Origin: Octopus sinensis
Lineage: Eukaryota
NCBI RefSeq assembly: GCF_006345805.1
Contig: NC_043007.1
Span: 38,316,001 to 38,380,000 of the forward strand
Reading direction: 5' to 3'
DNA length: 64,000 bases
Shown: in pieces, positions 62,601 through 64,000 of the stretch
Position numbering within the stretch: position 1 is the first letter of the stretch
How the letters are laid out: the number at the start of each line of letters is the position of its first letter
Notes under the pieces: model-generated
Seen by the model: the letters and a program-made list of their open reading frames with translations, nothing else
Told to the model about the DNA's origin: nothing
Database searches by the model: none
Position numbers and translations under genes: made by a program

Positions 62601-64000
62601 CTGTTGTCTTTCTAGAATGATTATTATTTGGTAAAAAAATAAGGCAAAAACCAAGCCAATGTTGCAATTTTCAATGATACGTGTATGCATACAACTACAA
62701 TTGCTTCTAACAGACACAAAATTAAAAATTCAAGAGTGGAAAACAGTCACTTAAATCAACAAAAATAATTTATTTCTAACAAAGGCACAGGGTCTGAAAT
62801 GTAGGGGAAGCAGGTAACTCTATTGATATCAACCCCTGTACTTGTACTTTATTTTATGAAGTACTGAGCTGGAAATGATTTCTTACAGAAGGTCACTAAT
62901 TTCTGGATGGGAGGGAGAAATCAAAAGTTAAGTCGGTATCTGTAGTATTTGACCTCAGAACATGGAGGAGTGAGAGAAAACACTGACAAACATTTTTCCT
63001 TTAATACTATCATATCCACTGCCCACATTATTAGTCATTCTAATACTATGCATAATGTGCCTACATTTGCATAAATGAAAATTACAAACCAATGAAGAAG
63101 CCTCTACATAGCTACCAAACCTGCTAAAAATAGCAACCAAATTTCCATTCAGCCACACTATCACCTTGTAAACAACATATTTTATAATGTAGACTGGGTT
63201 ACATTATTACTAAATGTTTTTAATGCTGTTGATAAATGGAAAAAACAAAATAGAGGGGAAAGCAGTAGAAGAGCTGATTTGAGTCACAGGGCATTATACT
63301 ATCGCACGAGGAGGCTTATGTCCAAGAAACTTATCGAGGATCAACATAAGGGAGGATTACAGTTGATTTGTTTCCAATATGAATACTAAACAGCAGCTAT
63401 TGATCAAATCAATTAATCCTTGAGTGAAGGTAAATAAAGTATGTATTTAGAAATAATGATCAATACTGATGAATCAGTGAACTGCTATGGATGTCGTCAG
63501 AACTCTTATTCCATTCCACGTTTTCTTTCCCCAACCAGATAGCAAAAAATAAATAAACGAAGTCACTGAAATCAATGCTGGAAATCAATAATGAATTACA
63601 TTTTTTTTCTTCTTTTTCCTTAATGAAATTATGGATAGAAATAGAATCTCACTGAAACTATAGAAAGAAAATAAGATACGAATACAATGTTCTATGTTAC
63701 AACATATGAAACCATACTCTGCCACTCCACACCACTATAGCGAATGCAAGCTAACGAGGAGGTGGGAGACTGTAGGTAGTTGCTCAACCTGCTAGAAACA
63801 GCAGCTATATTCCATACCATCATACAGCAGCCAAATCTCAACCTCCCACTAACCTTTGCAAAAAGATGAAAGGACACATTGAATAGTATAGTCTTAGATA
63901 CATTATGTCTCAAAATAAATAAAAATCAGATGGGATTGTTATGGCTAGAGTGCCTTTGAACATAGGTTTGCTTCATCATGTGTTTTGCGTTTCACTGTTT

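Noticed and set aside
721-63913. The many 60-140 aa ORFs rich in YI/CV/HT/poly-L/poly-I
   Set aside because: They are translations of microsatellites and SINE/Helitron copies.
58926-64000. RPS6KC1 exon 1 or promoter
   Set aside because: No sequence encoding the expected N-terminal PX strands (GYTVYKV-like) was found; it probably lies beyond the window.

Overview
AT-rich, intron- and repeat-dense animal genomic DNA. The SINE repertoire and (TA)n/(CA)n/(AAT)n microsatellites look like Octopus (coleoid cephalopod); this assignment is inferred, not searched. Two spliced genes lie tail-to-tail. (1) Plus strand: the last six coding exons (27-9558, 293 aa visible) of an unidentified beta-propeller-like protein ending in a DxDxDG (FG-GAP-like) motif. 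(2) Minus strand: RPS6KC1 (PX - MIT - split pseudokinase), 12 coding exons from 58925 down to the stop at 12640 (1255 aa). All 12 exons are GT-AG and phase-consistent; exon 1 was not found and probably lies beyond 64000. Introns hold at least four SINE-like families, RTE-LINE 3' fragments, three complete non-autonomous Helitrons, mariner relics, TTAA-flanked MITEs and several long hairpins. The most notable non-coding signal is two well-formed and one degenerate type I hammerhead-ribozyme motifs (59139-59213, 32472-32543, 31738-31791). All three have short near-palindromic stem III, sit in probable Penelope-like fragments, and lie on the sense strand of the RPS6KC1 pre-mRNA. All analysis was by eye; no folding or database searches were run, and repeat boundaries are approximate.
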